A stretch of 64,000 nucleotides of DNA from Octopus vulgaris (GCA_951406725.2 OX597821.1:5518001-5582000), one strand, 5' to 3'; positions 26,449 to 39,282 are shown, numbered from the stretch's first letter. Notes: generated by a model from the letters alone, not told the origin. Numbers and translations are program-made.

Positions 26449-26889
26449 TTGTTTCAGTCATTTGACTTTGGCCATGCTGGAGCACCGCCTTTAGTCGAGC
26501 AAATCGACCCCAAGACTTATTCTTTGCAAGCCTAGTACTTATTGTCTCGGTCTCTTTTGCCGAACCGCTAAGTTACGGGGAAGTAAACACACCAGCATCG
26601 GTTGTCTAGCGATGTTCGGGGGACAAACACAGACACACAAATACACACATGTATATACATATATAAATTTATTAACAAATGTATGCTTAATATTTTTTTA
26701 TAACAAAATTTTAGTTACAATATCTGTAACGGGCTTCTTTTCAGTTTCCGTCTACCAAAACCACTGACGAGGCTTTGGTTGGCCTGAGGCTATAGTAGAA
26801 GACACTACCCAAGGTGCCACGCAGTGGGACTGAACCTGGAACCATGTGATTGGTAAGCAAACTACTTACCACACAGCTACTCCTGCACC
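26449..26889 (-). mobile_element. SINE family B, near full length with internal microsatellite
   Basis: Minus strand: gcaggagtagctgtgtggtaag...ggttcagtcccactgcgtggcaccttggg...gacggaaactgaaaagaagcccg...gcggttcggcaaaagagacc...gctccagcatggcc...gactgaaacaa. Confidence 0.8.
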
Positions 26890-27622
26890 TATATGTATAT
26901 GTACTTTTTATATATGTGTATATATTCTTTATATTTTTGTATTGCAGACTCACATAATTGCATGCGAATTTGCTTTTCATGTGTATACATATATACAACG
27001 GGCTTTAACATAATTTGTGTACCAACGGTTGGTTCGGGGCTATTTTAGAAGACCCTCGATCCAGCTGCCACTCAGTGGGAATGATCGTAAAAGTACAAGT
27101 TTTTCAGGCGATCTCCTCAACCAACGGCCATGCCTGCAGCTTGGCATTTACTCATGTATTGTGCGGATGGAAACAAAACCAAAAAGAAACATGTTTATAT
27201 TCATATATATATATATATATAAATGCATCAATGTATATATGTATCTATGTATGTTTGTTTGTGTACGTGTGTGTGTTTATGTGTGTGTATGTGTGTGCGT
27301 GCCTGTGTCTGTGTGTGCGTGTGTGTGTCTGTGTGTGTGTCTGTGTGTACGTATGTGTGTGCTTGTATGCGTGTGTCTGTATGTACGTGTGTGTCTGTGT
27401 GTATGTGTGTTTGCGTGTGTGTGTGCGTGTGTTTGTGTGTGTGTCTGTGTGTGTTAGAGAGCGTACAAGTGATTGTGCTGAGTGTACGTATATTTTAAAA
27501 GATTAGAAATCCAAATATTGTACTTCAATAAAGTACAATTTTATTGTTGTTTTATACTTTTATGTATGAACATGTATGTATATATAAATATATACACACA
27601 TATGTGTATGTATAATATAGTA

Positions 27623-27683
<61 letters not shown>

Positions 27684-27718
27684 GTAAATATATATAGGTT
27701 TGTGTGTGTGCGTGTGTG

Positions 27719-29488
27719 TGTTTATATAACCAATGTATGCACATACATACTTGTATATACATATATACATTCACACACATTCATACATACGTATAAGCAT
27801 ACATGCACATATCTCTGAGGTCATCCATAAGTAATGTTCAGAATCAATCAAGATTTAAAAGGATGGAAAATAACTTAACTGACATTTCATAAAATTGCAT
27901 TATATTTTTTCTATTGGCAACAATAATGGCGCGTAACGCCAGGTGAAAAGCTTTTCACTGTGTTGCTTATATAAAGCTAGAAGCTGGCTTTCATTGTTGT
28001 GATATCAAGTTACAAAACGTATAAGGGAGGTCAGGTAAATTAGAATAGTATTTTGCTATAAGTATAATGTATCAAATTTACTATTAAATAATAAACTAAA
28101 AATAAACAGAGAAAAATCCAAAATTCGAGGAAAATATTATGAGTCTTTTTCGGCAAGGATATATTTATTGTACAGGAAAATTGTGAATAGTCAACAACAG
28201 ACGTTCTCTTTTTTCAGATTAACCCTTAGAAATCGTATGTTATGAATACTTTTGAGGAAAATATGGATGTAGCCAAATCTTACTTTAATCCCACTGTGAT
28301 TTTATACAAATAAACAACGGTGCTCCATATACAATTGAAGACAATATTAAGCCGTATGGAATTTCGATTAACTGTATAGTTTCAATAGAGTCCAATATCA
28401 ACGAAGTATCATCGATGCGTGATGTTTAAAATTATATCAAATTAAATGTAAATGAAAGTATTCTTATACGTATGATAGAAATGATTTTTTGTGAGTAACG
28501 GTAAAATATGATACGTGGAATGGCGAGGAGCTGAAACCGGTTCGTAAAATTATGTTACCAGAGACTTTCTTTTAGACCACTCGCGACAGGATACTATACA
28601 AGACAGGTACCCACACACACAGATACACACGCATGTATTCATACATTCATGCATATATTTATACAAATACACACGTGTGCGTGCGTGTGTGTGTGCGTAT
28701 ATGCGTGTACGCGTAATGTGTGTGCGCGCGTATGTGTGTGTGTGCACGTGAGTTTCTGTGTGTCTGTATGTGTGTGTATGTGCGCGCGCGTTTGCATATG
28801 TGTACGTGTGCATGTGTGTGTGCGCGTGTGTGTGCGTGTGTGTGTGTGAGTCTGCATGCGTGTATGTGTGTGTCATTGTGTGTATCTACATGTCGGTATG
28901 TATGAATATGTCCGTGGTATGGCTTTAAACTGTATCCGGTTGTGGGACCCACGTACGCATGTTCCAGAGTGTTGAGCAGTGTGGAACTATTTCGGAGCCA
29001 TTATTTAATTCCCGGTCTAACCTGTCCTAGATTTGTAGTACCTGTTAGGGCCTAAGCTATGGGCTGATTAGCAGGGGAACAACTGCGAGTGAAGGACGCC
29101 TAGTACTCGTTAGATATTCCTTTTCGAAAAAATGTAAGCTCATATAAAATGAATCCCTGAAATGTAATCTCAACCTGTGCTAAGCTACATTTTATACACA
29201 CAAAACAAATTCACACACAGGAAACTATTGGATACTCGAAACGTTTGCACGAACTCCGTGGGAAAAAATGGCAAAAAAGCTGTCGCCAATAGAAAATATA
29301 TAATATAAATTTATGAAATGTCAGTTAAGTTATTTTCCATCATTTTAAATCGTGATTGATTCTGAACATTACTTATGCATGAACTCAGAGATATGTGCAT
29401 GTATGAATATACGTATGTATGTATGAGTGTGTGTGAGTGTATATATGTATATATAAGTATGTATGTGTATACATTGGTTATATAAACA
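27719..29488. repeat. Spaced inverted repeat, arms 27719-27922 and 29281-29488
   Basis: For example gtaatgttcagaatcaatca...gatggaaaataacttaactgacatttcataaa pairs with tttatgaaatgtcagttaagttattttccatc...tgattgattctgaacattac. Confidence 0.85.
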
Positions 29489-29642
29489 TATCTGATTTTG
29501 GATATCTAAATCTAAGCATACTTTTACGTCTGGTTAAATTGTAATACGGAGCAAAGTTGACTTGATAAAACTAATCACACTTACATGCATGCATACGTAC
29601 ATCCACACACACACACACACATGCACACACACATATGCATCT

Positions 29643-29688
<46 letters not shown>

Positions 29689-29940
29689 ACTGTCCACTCG
29701 TTAGGGAGAAAGACCATCGCTTGACAACTAAATCAAAATTATATTTTACGCTGGTTTTACGCAAACATTTTCGGACACTTTAAACTACAGTAATTTTTTA
29801 CTAATTGCCAGTGGATATTTTGCATTGCGGTTTTTGCAGATGAACCATTGGCCCTGTTGGAGTCATTTCCATACCTTATCATTATATTTTGTAGTAGGAA
29901 TTCTGAATGAGAGAGGAAGATGCGAGATGACCACCAAAAA

Positions 29941-30785
29941 TAGTCGTACAAAAGTTTTCAACCCCCTCACATAAACCAATCAAGATACAGTGTTTTAAAA
30001 CAGAAAAATATCTATAATGGAAATCTATTACATAATGTTTATTTCAAGAAGTTACAGTACTTTGTTAATATTTCGTGTGGCTTCCCTTAGTTTGAATAAT
30101 ATCTTCCATGTACCTTGGAAGAATTGTGTACAAACCCTCCACCATCTTCACATGTATGAGTTGTCATTTTCTGTGGCTGAGCTCCCACAACTCTTTAAGA
30201 TTGCCTGGATTCTTCTAACGAACTCTTCTCTTTAATTCTGTCCACATTTGCTCGCTGATATTTAAGTCACAGCTTTGAACTGACCAATCTCTTAAAATGA
30301 TAATGCCATCATCAGCCAGATTCTATTGTGCTGCAGGTGATCTGTGGCATGGAGCTCCGTCATGCCCAAAAATCTCGCCTTCCTCCAAGTCTGATATCAA
30401 ATTGTCCTTCAGCAACTGAATGTGTTTTGGTACTATTCAAGCTACCGTCAACTTTCTTGAACCATCACTTTTTACATATCCCCAAATCATCATACACTTA
30501 CCCTTAAACTTCACCGTTTCCGTCGTGTAACGCGGATCGTTTCTCTTGCCTGGAGGCCTTCTGACAAATTCTGGCTTATTAGAACCGTTGTTCGCCATAA
30601 TTACACTTGTGCTTTCTGTGTATTTCCATCGTAGACAAGTGAAACCCATCAATATAGTGTTGTTCTGCATAAAACATGCAAGATGCATCACTTAGAATAT
30701 TAACAGGCAACACCTTTCTCTACTGTTCCATAAACTTCTAAAAAGCAATTTTTCCCTTGCTGTATCGGTAATTTTTTTTAGGCTG
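29941..30785 (-). mobile_element. Tc1-family transposon relic
   Basis: Translations FVRRPPGKRNDPRYTTETVKFKGKCMMIWG and IFGHDGAPCH...DWSVQSCDLNISEQMWTELKR; TIR-like tagtcgtacaaaagttttcaacccc at 29941; stops and frameshifts present. Confidence 0.8.
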
Positions 30786-30816
30786 CTTTCTTTTATTATT
30801 ATTATTATCATTATTA

Positions 30817-30902
<86 letters not shown>

Positions 30903-31008
30903 AGTTATTGCTTATATGATCTGAAACTCAGATGTTGACACTGAATCACGGGATCGACTCGTCAGAATTCTTGCTCTGAACTTCTCATCAAAAAATACAT
31001 TAAATATA

Positions 31009-31075
<67 letters not shown>

Positions 31076-31259
31076 CTAAGCAATAAAGGGTTTGGCAACG
31101 AATTGCCTTACCACATACCGAATTTAGAAATAGCAGTCAAAGAGTTATAGCTATTTCTTCTACTAAAAGGAGATCTCAGTAAAAACAGCAATTGGAAGGC
31201 GGACACAAACAGGTAAGAGGGAATGAATTGACGGCAATCTATCATACAATTTTAAGTTA

Positions 31260-31359
31260 TCTACGGACGTACGTTTCGAAATCAAGTTTTTAGGAAAGCA
31301 TAAGAATTAAATATTAAATAATTCTATCTTACCAAGAACTTCTTTTTCTTCAGCGTAGA
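31260..31359 (-). ncRNA. Type I hammerhead, long stem II, palindromic stem III (copy 1)
   Basis: UCUACG CUGAAGA [~70-nt stem II] GAAA CGUACG UC CGUAGA; this copy lacks the G at the base of stem II. Confidence 0.75.
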
Positions 31360-31850
31360 ATACTATAATCATAAATGATTATATATTGAATTTTGAGATA
31401 CTAGAAGGCATCAACTCAACTCAGTATCAGAGCGAGCTAGAATCCGCAACTAGTATCACCAAATTCAATGTGTGAATGAAGAGATTGTGTCACCAGCCCC
31501 TTCCCACCCGCGTGTAGCCAAAACAAGATGCTGTGGTCATCTACTGAGATAAAATATGGTTATCCGTAATAATGAAGGGTGAAATTAATTAATTTGGAAT
31601 AATTATCAATAACACCAAGTAGTCTTCGGCATGTAAAAGCCTCATTCGAGGAAAATTTAAGTAATACTAAGCAATAAAGGGTTTGGCAACGAATTGCCTT
31701 ACCACATACCGAATTTAGAAATAGCAGTCAAAGAGTTATAGCTATTTCTTCTACTAAAAGGAGATCTCAGTAAAAACAGCAATTGGAAGGCAGACACAAA
31801 CAGGTAAGAGGGAATGAATTGACGGCAATCTATCATACAATTTTAAGTTA

Positions 31851-31951
31851 TCTACGGACGTACGTTTCGAAATCAAGTTTTTAGGAAAGCATAAGAATTA
31901 AATATTAAATAATTCTATCTTACCAAGAACTTCTTTTCTCTTCAGCGTAGA
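31851..31951 (-). ncRNA. Type I hammerhead (copy 2, intact)
   Basis: UCUACG CUGAAGA GAAA...UUUC GAAA CGUACG UC CGUAGA; GUC triplet, 6-bp stem I, G-C pair at the base of stem II. Confidence 0.82.
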
Positions 31952-32223
31952 ATACTATAATCATAAATGATTATATATTGAATTTTGAGATACTAGAAGG
32001 CATCAACTCAACTCAGTATCAGAGCGAGCTAGAATCCGCAACTAGTATCACCAAATTCAATGTGTGAATGAAGAGATTGTGTCACCAGCCCCTTCCCACC
32101 CGCGTGTAGCCAAAACAAGATGCTGTGGTCATCTACTGAGATAAAATATGGTTATCCGTAATAATGAAGGGTGAAATTAATTAATTTGGAATAATTATCA
32201 ATAACATCAATATATATGCATGT

Positions 32224-32314
<91 letters not shown>

Positions 32315-32365
32315 GTGTATATATATATATATATATATATTGACATGCATATATATATATATGTG

Positions 32366-32400
<35 letters not shown>

Positions 32401-32484
32401 ACATGATATATATATATATATATGTGTATGTATATATATATATATATATATATATTTTGACATGCATATATATATATATATGTG

Positions 32485-32520
<36 letters not shown>

Positions 32521-32567
32521 CATATACATATATATATTTGTGTGTATGTATGTATATATATAGAGAG

Positions 32568-32851
32568 AGAAAATAGAAAAGAGTGAAAAAACTACAGAAG
32601 GCTTGTTTTATAAGGTTAAAGAATATATTTAAGTCGTTATGTTAGAAAAATGTTAGAAAATTTTGCATATAGTAACATAGTTTTTGGAGAAATTACCGAT
32701 TTCGTGTTAACTTTTCACATTTCTCAAATGTCTTTACCTACATCGTGTCATGTCTTCGTTATGCAGTGCAAAGAAGAGTTCCAGGCAGGGGGAGGTAATA
32801 AGCGATTTCTTCCGGTATAAGGGAGATAATCGCTTTATATTTCTTTTTCCC
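32568..32851 (-). repeat. PLE 3' terminal repeat (pLTR)
   Basis: Follows the ORF stop on the minus strand; inverted copy at 36196-36481; HHR at 32687-32725 with two substitutions (GUGAAAA core, UCGG). Confidence 0.88.
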
Positions 32852-32855
32852 TTTT

Positions 32856-35800
32856 TTAATGAGATGAGTTTCTCTGTATAAGAATGTTAGGATGGTTAAG
32901 TTCAGGCTTATATTTTTCAATGAAGAATGTTTCCTTGTTTAATCTAATTTGTGTTGGTGTTCCAATAGCACATTGATAGAATGGAAAGATTAAAAATTGT
33001 GGTAGTAGTTTCTTTGTGCATTTCTCAATATACTCACTAAAGGGTATCATTCTGTATTCTCGGAATGCAATATGTTGTCGATGCAGTGTGCATCTGCGTC
33101 TGAGTGATAGTCCCGTGAACCCCACGTAGTTTTGGTGGCATCCCGAGCATCTTATGACATAAATTATGTTTTCAGAGGCACAAGTAAAATTAGATTTGAT
33201 CTTGAATTTTTGTTCCTCTTTGAAGGGGAATTCTGATCCTTCTAGAAGGTTTGGGCATGTTGCGCAGTTTGGTCTACCACATTTTTTTACTTTTGCATCC
33301 GTAATTTCAGAAAACAATTTTGCCTTTGTGAGAATCTTTTTAAGTGATTTAGGTTGTTTGTAGCTTTTAATGTTTTTATGCATGTTTAGAATTTCCTTTA
33401 ATTTGGGGTCCTTATGAAGTATTGGTAAATTATGGGTGATGATGGTGAAGGCTTCTTTGTTTCTGGGGTTGTATGTGGATATGTAAGGCAGTATTTTCGG
33501 AGAAGGTGTGTTGTTGTGTTGAACTTTTCTCAAAGTTTCTATGTCGATTTCTGTTGCACGTCTGATCCCATCCTTTATGAGTTGAACTGGGTAGTGTCTG
33601 TTAATTAGGGTGTTTTTGTATTCTTGTAGTCTAAAGTTCCTGGTATTTTGTTCTGACACTATTGTGCATATCCTTCTTGCAAGGTTGAAAGGGATGTTTG
33701 TTTTAGTGTGTCTTGGGTGGCATGAATAAAAAAGTAGGTATTGTTTGGCATCTGTGGCTTTGTAAAAAATGTCTGTTTCTATTTTAAGGTTAATTTTTTT
33801 AATCAGTATATCTAAGAATGGAAGCTCCTTTTGGTTGTACTCCATTGTGAACTGTATATTTGGGTTCATGCTGTTCAATAGGTTTTTGAATTTTAGGAGT
33901 TTATCTGTGTTTTCATTCCAGAGTATAAAACAATCGTCCAGGAATCGTTTCCAATTCTCTTTTATGTATTGAGAAAGGGGGTTTCCAAAGGTCGATAAAG
34001 ATTCCTGGTATATAATTATTTCCAGGTAACCCATTGTTAGGTTCGCAATGACTGGTGCTGCCCTTGTACCCATAGCAATTCCGGATTTTTTTACGGTAAA
34101 ACGTATTGTCAAACATGAAGTGGTTATTTTGTAGGATGAATTCAACCGATTTAGTAATGAATTCTTTACTGATCCGTTTTGGTATTTCTTCCGGAAATTG
34201 GTCCAGCCAGAACTGTATTCCTTCTAGTCCATAATTATGAGGTATACTGGTATATAAATTAACTACATCAAATGGAACCATGATTGTTTCTTCCTTGACT
34301 TTTTTTGGAAGGTGGTTTAACACTATCCAAGTCATCTCTGATATGACTATCGATGTGTTTAAGGAAGGGTTTCAGGAGGATGTCCATAAATAGACTTAAT
34401 CTGTGTGTTTCACAGGCTGGGCCAGCTACAATGGGTCGTAGTTTTAGGTCCCTCGGGTTAGGTGTGTGTATGTATGTCTTTGGTGATTTTTTAATGGTTT
34501 CATTTTAATTTGGCTTTTGTGTATTTTTGGTAGACCATAGAAGAGGCTAGGCTTGCATTTAAAGTTTGTTAGAAAATCAATCTCTTTAGTTGTCAGTTCT
34601 TTTTCATGGGTTTTGATTAGTGAGGTCAGAGTTTTCATTATTTTTGCGGTGTGTAGTTGGTGATTTTTTCATAATGTTAATTGTCATCAAGCAAGGAAAT
34701 TACAAGATTTCTATAGTATAATGTATCCATTATTACAACTGCACTTCCTTTGTCTGCTTCTTTAATGGTTATATCTTCATCATTTTGAAGTTCTATCAGT
34801 TCCTTCCATTGTGCAGTGCTAAAATTTGAGTTAACTGTCTGTTTGTGTATAGTATGGTAGGGAAAGTTCTCAATGTGGCTGCAGAACTCGTCAAGATCTT
34901 TATTTCTTCCTCTGTGGGGGATGTGTTCACTTTTGTTTCTGACTAGTGAGTCATCTTCAGTATTGAAACTGGTTGATGCTTCTGCTAGTCTTAATTTTCT
35001 GCAGAATTCTGTTATATTGTCCTTGACTTCATTTTGGTTGACTCTGCGTGGAGTTGGCGTAAATTTGAGCCCTTTTGAGAGGATGTCAATTTTTATGTTT
35101 GAGAGAGGTTTGGTTGAAAGGTTGATTATCTTCGGTTTTTCCTTATTACTAGGTTCCAGCCTGTGTCCTGGTGTCTCTGGTCCAGCGCTAAAAAATGTTG
35201 GGTGCAATTTTGTTTGTATGAGTTGTCTGTGAGATTGTGTGATATTGGTTCGGGGGAACAGTGGTATTGTTGCCTCAGATTGTTGTGTGTGTGTGAGTAT
35301 CTATGGTTGTTTTCGTTAGTGATATGTGTAAAATTTCTGTATGTGATATATTTTTGTTTCGAATTGCTTGTATGTGGGATGTTGCTTGACTTAGTGTTAT
35401 TTTGTGTTTGTCTTGTGTTCGGTGTGGACCAGTAATTTTGGTTCATGGGGTAATAGTGACGCGTGTGTGGTGTGTTTCTCATTCTAGTGTTATTTTGTGC
35501 TGTTATGGGGTGGTTAGGCCTGGTATTAGGTTGTTGTTGGCGTGTTCTGTTTTTGGTGTAATCTATTTCATAGACGCGTTGTCTGTTAGCTTGTTCCCTG
35601 TTAAGTCTTGCGTGGTTCAAAGATGCTGGTTGTGGGTGATTTCTGTTTCTAGTGTATGGAGGATAATGAGGAGGGTTGTTGCTGATTAATTGTTTGAAAT
35701 TGGGGGTGGTTTGTGCGTTGTTCAGTTTTTGTTTGTTATTTCTTGTTATTTTCTTTAGAAAAGGATTATCTGTACCCAATTCATTTTTGAAAATTAATTC

Positions 35801-36195
35801 ATATCTTTGGAAGAAATCGTTGCCTTTTTCCCAGCGTAGGAGAGAATTTCTTTCTTCCTTTTCACAGATTTCTTTCCAATGATTTATGGTATTTTCGAGG
35901 GGTTGTCCCTCGGTTTGTTTCTGTATTTCACTCTGCATCTCCTCGTCGATGTTTTTATAGTTTTTTCTCATTAGTGGAGGCCCTAAGTCATAGTAATTCA
36001 ATCTCTGATTTTAGATTGAATAGAGCTGACCTTTCCCTAATAGATCACTGTCCGTCAGGTTCGTTGGGAATTGTTTTGATCTGGAATTTGCGTGGGAGGA
36101 TAATTGGTGTTGAGTTCATCCATCCCTCGTATATATCTGCTTTGTTGGAACATTTTATCATGTTCCAGAAAGCGAGTTTTCTATTGTGCAGGTTT
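32856..36195 (-). pseudogene. PLE polyprotein (RT + GIY-YIG endonuclease), frameshifted
   Basis: Successive frames give LSKGLKFTPT, KEADKGSAVVIMD, FYGLPKIHK, FDVVNLYTSIP, GIAMGTRAAPVIANL, WKRFLDDCF, CHPRHTKTNIPF, CGRPNCATC, NIIYVIRCSGCHQNYVGFT and KETFFIEKYKPELN. The longest piece is 32856-34145. Confidence 0.92.
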
Positions 36196-36481
36196 GGGAA
36201 AAGAAATATAAAGCGATTATCTCCCTTATACCGGAAGAAATCGCTTATTACTCCCCCCCCCCGCCTGGAACTCTTCTTTGCACTGCATAACGAAGACATG
36301 ACACGATGTAGGTAAATACATTTGAGAAATTTGAAAAGTTAACACGAAACCGGTAATTTCTCCAAAAATTATGTTACTATATGCAAAATTTTATAACATT
36401 TTTCTAACATAACGACTTAAATATATTCTTTAACCTTATAAAACAAGCCTTCTGTAGTTTTTTCACTCTTTTCTATTTTCT
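36196..36481 (+). repeat. Inverted pLTR copy at the PLE 5' end
   Basis: Reverse complement of 32568-32851. Confidence 0.88.
36324..36362 (+). ncRNA. Minimal type I hammerhead with U3-A8 core
   Basis: GAGAAAU UUGAAAA GU uaac AC GAAA CCGG UA AUUUCUC: 7-bp stem I, palindromic stem III, GUA triplet. Confidence 0.75.
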
Positions 36482-36520
36482 ATATATCCAACCACGTGCT
36501 TTCACACACCAACTTTCTCA

Positions 36521-36566
<46 letters not shown>

Positions 36567-36598
36567 CATACATACATATATATATATATATATGCATG

Positions 36599-36761
<163 letters not shown>

Positions 36762-37449
36762 GTACATACATCGATGACGAAATGCGTAACTAGACAGTGA
36801 GTCATATGTCACATCAATGCAAATTCCTGAAAGTTTCCTTAGAATATTTTCTGGTCACTTTTTTTTGTTTTTATCTATTTTTTTCATATTTTTTTTCATA
36901 AATATATAACGAAGATAATCGAAGTTAGTCGAAGTTAGAAGAAATAGTGTGAAACATCTTTTATTGCTCTTTTCCTTTAACGAAAGGTAACGACACACGC
37001 CATTAAGCATGCATCATTTGACATCTACTAAAGACATTAGGTATCTGGGAAAGAGATTAGGTTTCATCTAGCTCAGGCATTAGCCCTCATCTTGATAAAG
37101 GCATTTAATACCATCTGCAACAGAGTATAAATTTATGTTTCTAGAAGTGCAACGATACATTATAACTCTGAAAGTTTTACACAGATACAGAGTGGATTTT
37201 TAAATGTATCATACTCCATAGCGTACAGTAGCTTGTCAAGTGCATGTTGTGTCGGACTAAAAGCTGTAGTAATACGCCGGACTAACAGCGGTGGTTACAT
37301 TACACACTTTGATACGACATGCTGTCTCTACGAATGTCATTAAATTTATTAAATGCAAACAATCTAATTGTAACAAGACAACGAGGAATCATCTACGTGG
37401 TTCTCTGATTTGTTAGAAATAGGGAATAATTTTCGTTCAACTTACTTAT

Positions 37450-37770
37450 GACGTTGTAGCTGGAACACTCTATGATGAAATCCGTCGGAAGGATAATCTC
37501 AAAGACAAAGAAATAAAAATCAACAATATGGTAGAAGCCATAGCCACTCATAAAGAAAAGGAATACTGGTGGAGTGTACCAGTTAAGATCTCAATAATAT
37601 GTAAGCACAATAGACCTGATATAATGATTTGGGATAGAGAAAAGAAACTGTGGACACTTGTAGAAATTAGCTTCCCAGAGGATGTTATCATAAAGCTGAA
37701 GATCAGCGAAAAAGAGAACACCTTTGCTGAACTATTGAGAAATCTACAGTTACTCTATCCAGATTACTCA
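37450..37770 (+). mobile_element. Non-LTR retrotransposon REL endonuclease fragment
   Basis: ORF 37528-37821 contains EYWWSVPVK...HNRPDIMIWDREKK..LVEISFP...EKENTFAEL, a PD-(D/E)xK-type motif. Confidence 0.75.
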
Positions 37771-37869
37771 TTACAGTTTTTAAGGCGGAAGGTGAAAATA
37801 GCCAATACTACCATACAATAACAGCTGTCAAACTGATGTAGGAAAATCTATGATCTTCTATAAAATTAT

Positions 37870-38430
37870 ATAGGTGTTTTGCTACAAGTAAGATATTTTC
37901 ATCCACCTCTAGATACCTTTAACATTCCTCGTCAGATACAGTGGAAACTGTCAAATCATAAATGGAGATGTTACTCGTCTGGTTTATACTTTCCCCCTTT
38001 TCACAACCATATAGCAACATTTATCCTGACAAAACGCCAACCCTACATCCTTTGAGATTGTTGCAACCAGGTCAAGCTTCTTTTTCCTCTCATGCAATAT
38101 CTTTGCATAAAGTTTTAAGTCAACCACAAAGAAACATGTGTGTAATTTTGGTATTTCTATTTCCTTGTGAATCAGTGAGATACTCTAGCATATTGTAGCA
38201 ATTAAATAAATCATTATTCAATTCATAATTCCAAGAGAAATTAGTTTTGCAGTTACGGTTTCTGCTATAACTACAGCTAGCGAGAATTTGCTTACTTGTT
38301 GAACTGTTGCTTTCGCTCTGTCCCTCGATTGTGTTATTGTCCAGCCATGTTCTTTCTAGTAACTCTCTGTATGGAATATTCAAGTTCAGTCGAAAATCAC
38401 TACGATCGCGAATAAAAGGCTCTCTCACTT
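37870..38430 (-). mobile_element. R4/Dong-like RT fragment, degraded
   Basis: Translation across a frameshift gives ITHMFL/VDLKLYAKILHERKKKLDLVATISKDVGLAFCQDKCCYMVVKRGK, resembling HLLxMDDLKLYA...DIGMxFGxDKC. Confidence 0.7.
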
Positions 38431-38658
38431 AATTCATCTGAAGATTAATCAGTTATTTAACAAGGCTGATAGTTGTGGCTCCATAGTTGGAGACAGTATA
38501 CATTGTATTTTCGATAAATTATCTCCCACGCCAAATGTTTATGTATGTATGTATGTATGTATGTATGTACATGTATGTATGTATGTATGTATGTATGTAT
38601 GTATGTATGTATGTATGTATGTATGTATGTATATGTATGTATGTATATGTATGTATGT

Positions 38659-38697
<39 letters not shown>

Positions 38698-38834
38698 CAT
38701 ACACACACATAGGTAAAGAGGAAGAGAGAAAGATGTATGCATATATTTATAGATAAAACTTACTTGGAAAAGGATGTGTGGCATTCGATCATATAATAAT
38801 ATGAATGATATATAAATATATCCATATATACATA

Positions 38835-39173
38835 CATATATGTTCATACCTACATATATATGTATATATACATGTATATAGGGTACAGGACATCAAAAAA
38901 ACTTTCAACAAAGTGAGAAACGAAAACATAGAAGACGAACTTTTTTTCGAACAACGAAAAAAACAAGAGAAACGAGACATACGCGGAGTAGATGAAACAG
39001 GGACCACTGATGAAGGGGTCTATTCTTTATGTCTCGTTTCTCTGTTTGTTTTTCTTTCGTTGTTCGAAAAAAATTCGTTTTCTATGTTATCGTTTCTCAT
39101 TATGTTTAACGTATTTTTTATGTCCTGTACCTATATATGCATCCATATATACATATATATGTAGGTATGCACA

Positions 39174-39180
<7 letters not shown>
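38835..39180. mobile_element. Fold-back (palindromic) element in TA-rich DNA
   Basis: ggtacaggacat...tttttttcgaacaacgaaa...gagaaacgagacat pairs with atgtctcgtttctc...tttcgttgttcgaaaaaaa...atgtcctgtacc; ~45-nt loop; related fragment at ~43220-43320. Confidence 0.8.
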
Positions 39181-39208
<28 letters not shown>

Positions 39209-39282
39209 CCATACATACGGAGAGACAGACAGACAGACAGACAGACAGATAGATTGATATGTATGCATGTATGTGTGTGTGA

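Larger units (their letters stand above)
31075..32206 (-). mobile_element. Head-to-tail 591-bp tandem repeat (1.9 units), one hammerhead per unit; retrozyme or PLE-pLTR-like
   Basis: Units start at 31075 and 31666 (actaagcaataaaggg) and are near-identical; the array sits in (TA)n and has no listed ORF except one running in from the flanking (TA)n. Confidence 0.85.
32568..36481 (-). mobile_element. Penelope-like retroelement (RT + C-terminal GIY-YIG, Neptune-like Cys linker) with inverted terminal repeats, in (TA)n
   Basis: Split ORF with PLE motifs; 32568-32851 is the reverse complement of 36196-36481; (TA)n arrays lie on both sides; an HHR motif is present in the repeats. Confidence 0.93.

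Noticed and set aside
29071-29104. Hairpin followed by CTAG resembling a Helitron 3' end
   Set aside because: The stem is only 4 bp and no 5' TC end or second copy is identifiable.
31075-32206. Possible assembly artefact explaining the tandem duplication
   Set aside because: The units differ (ggcggacac vs ggcagacac, and a 1-nt indel in the HHR), which favours a real repeat, though uncollapsed haplotypes are not excluded.
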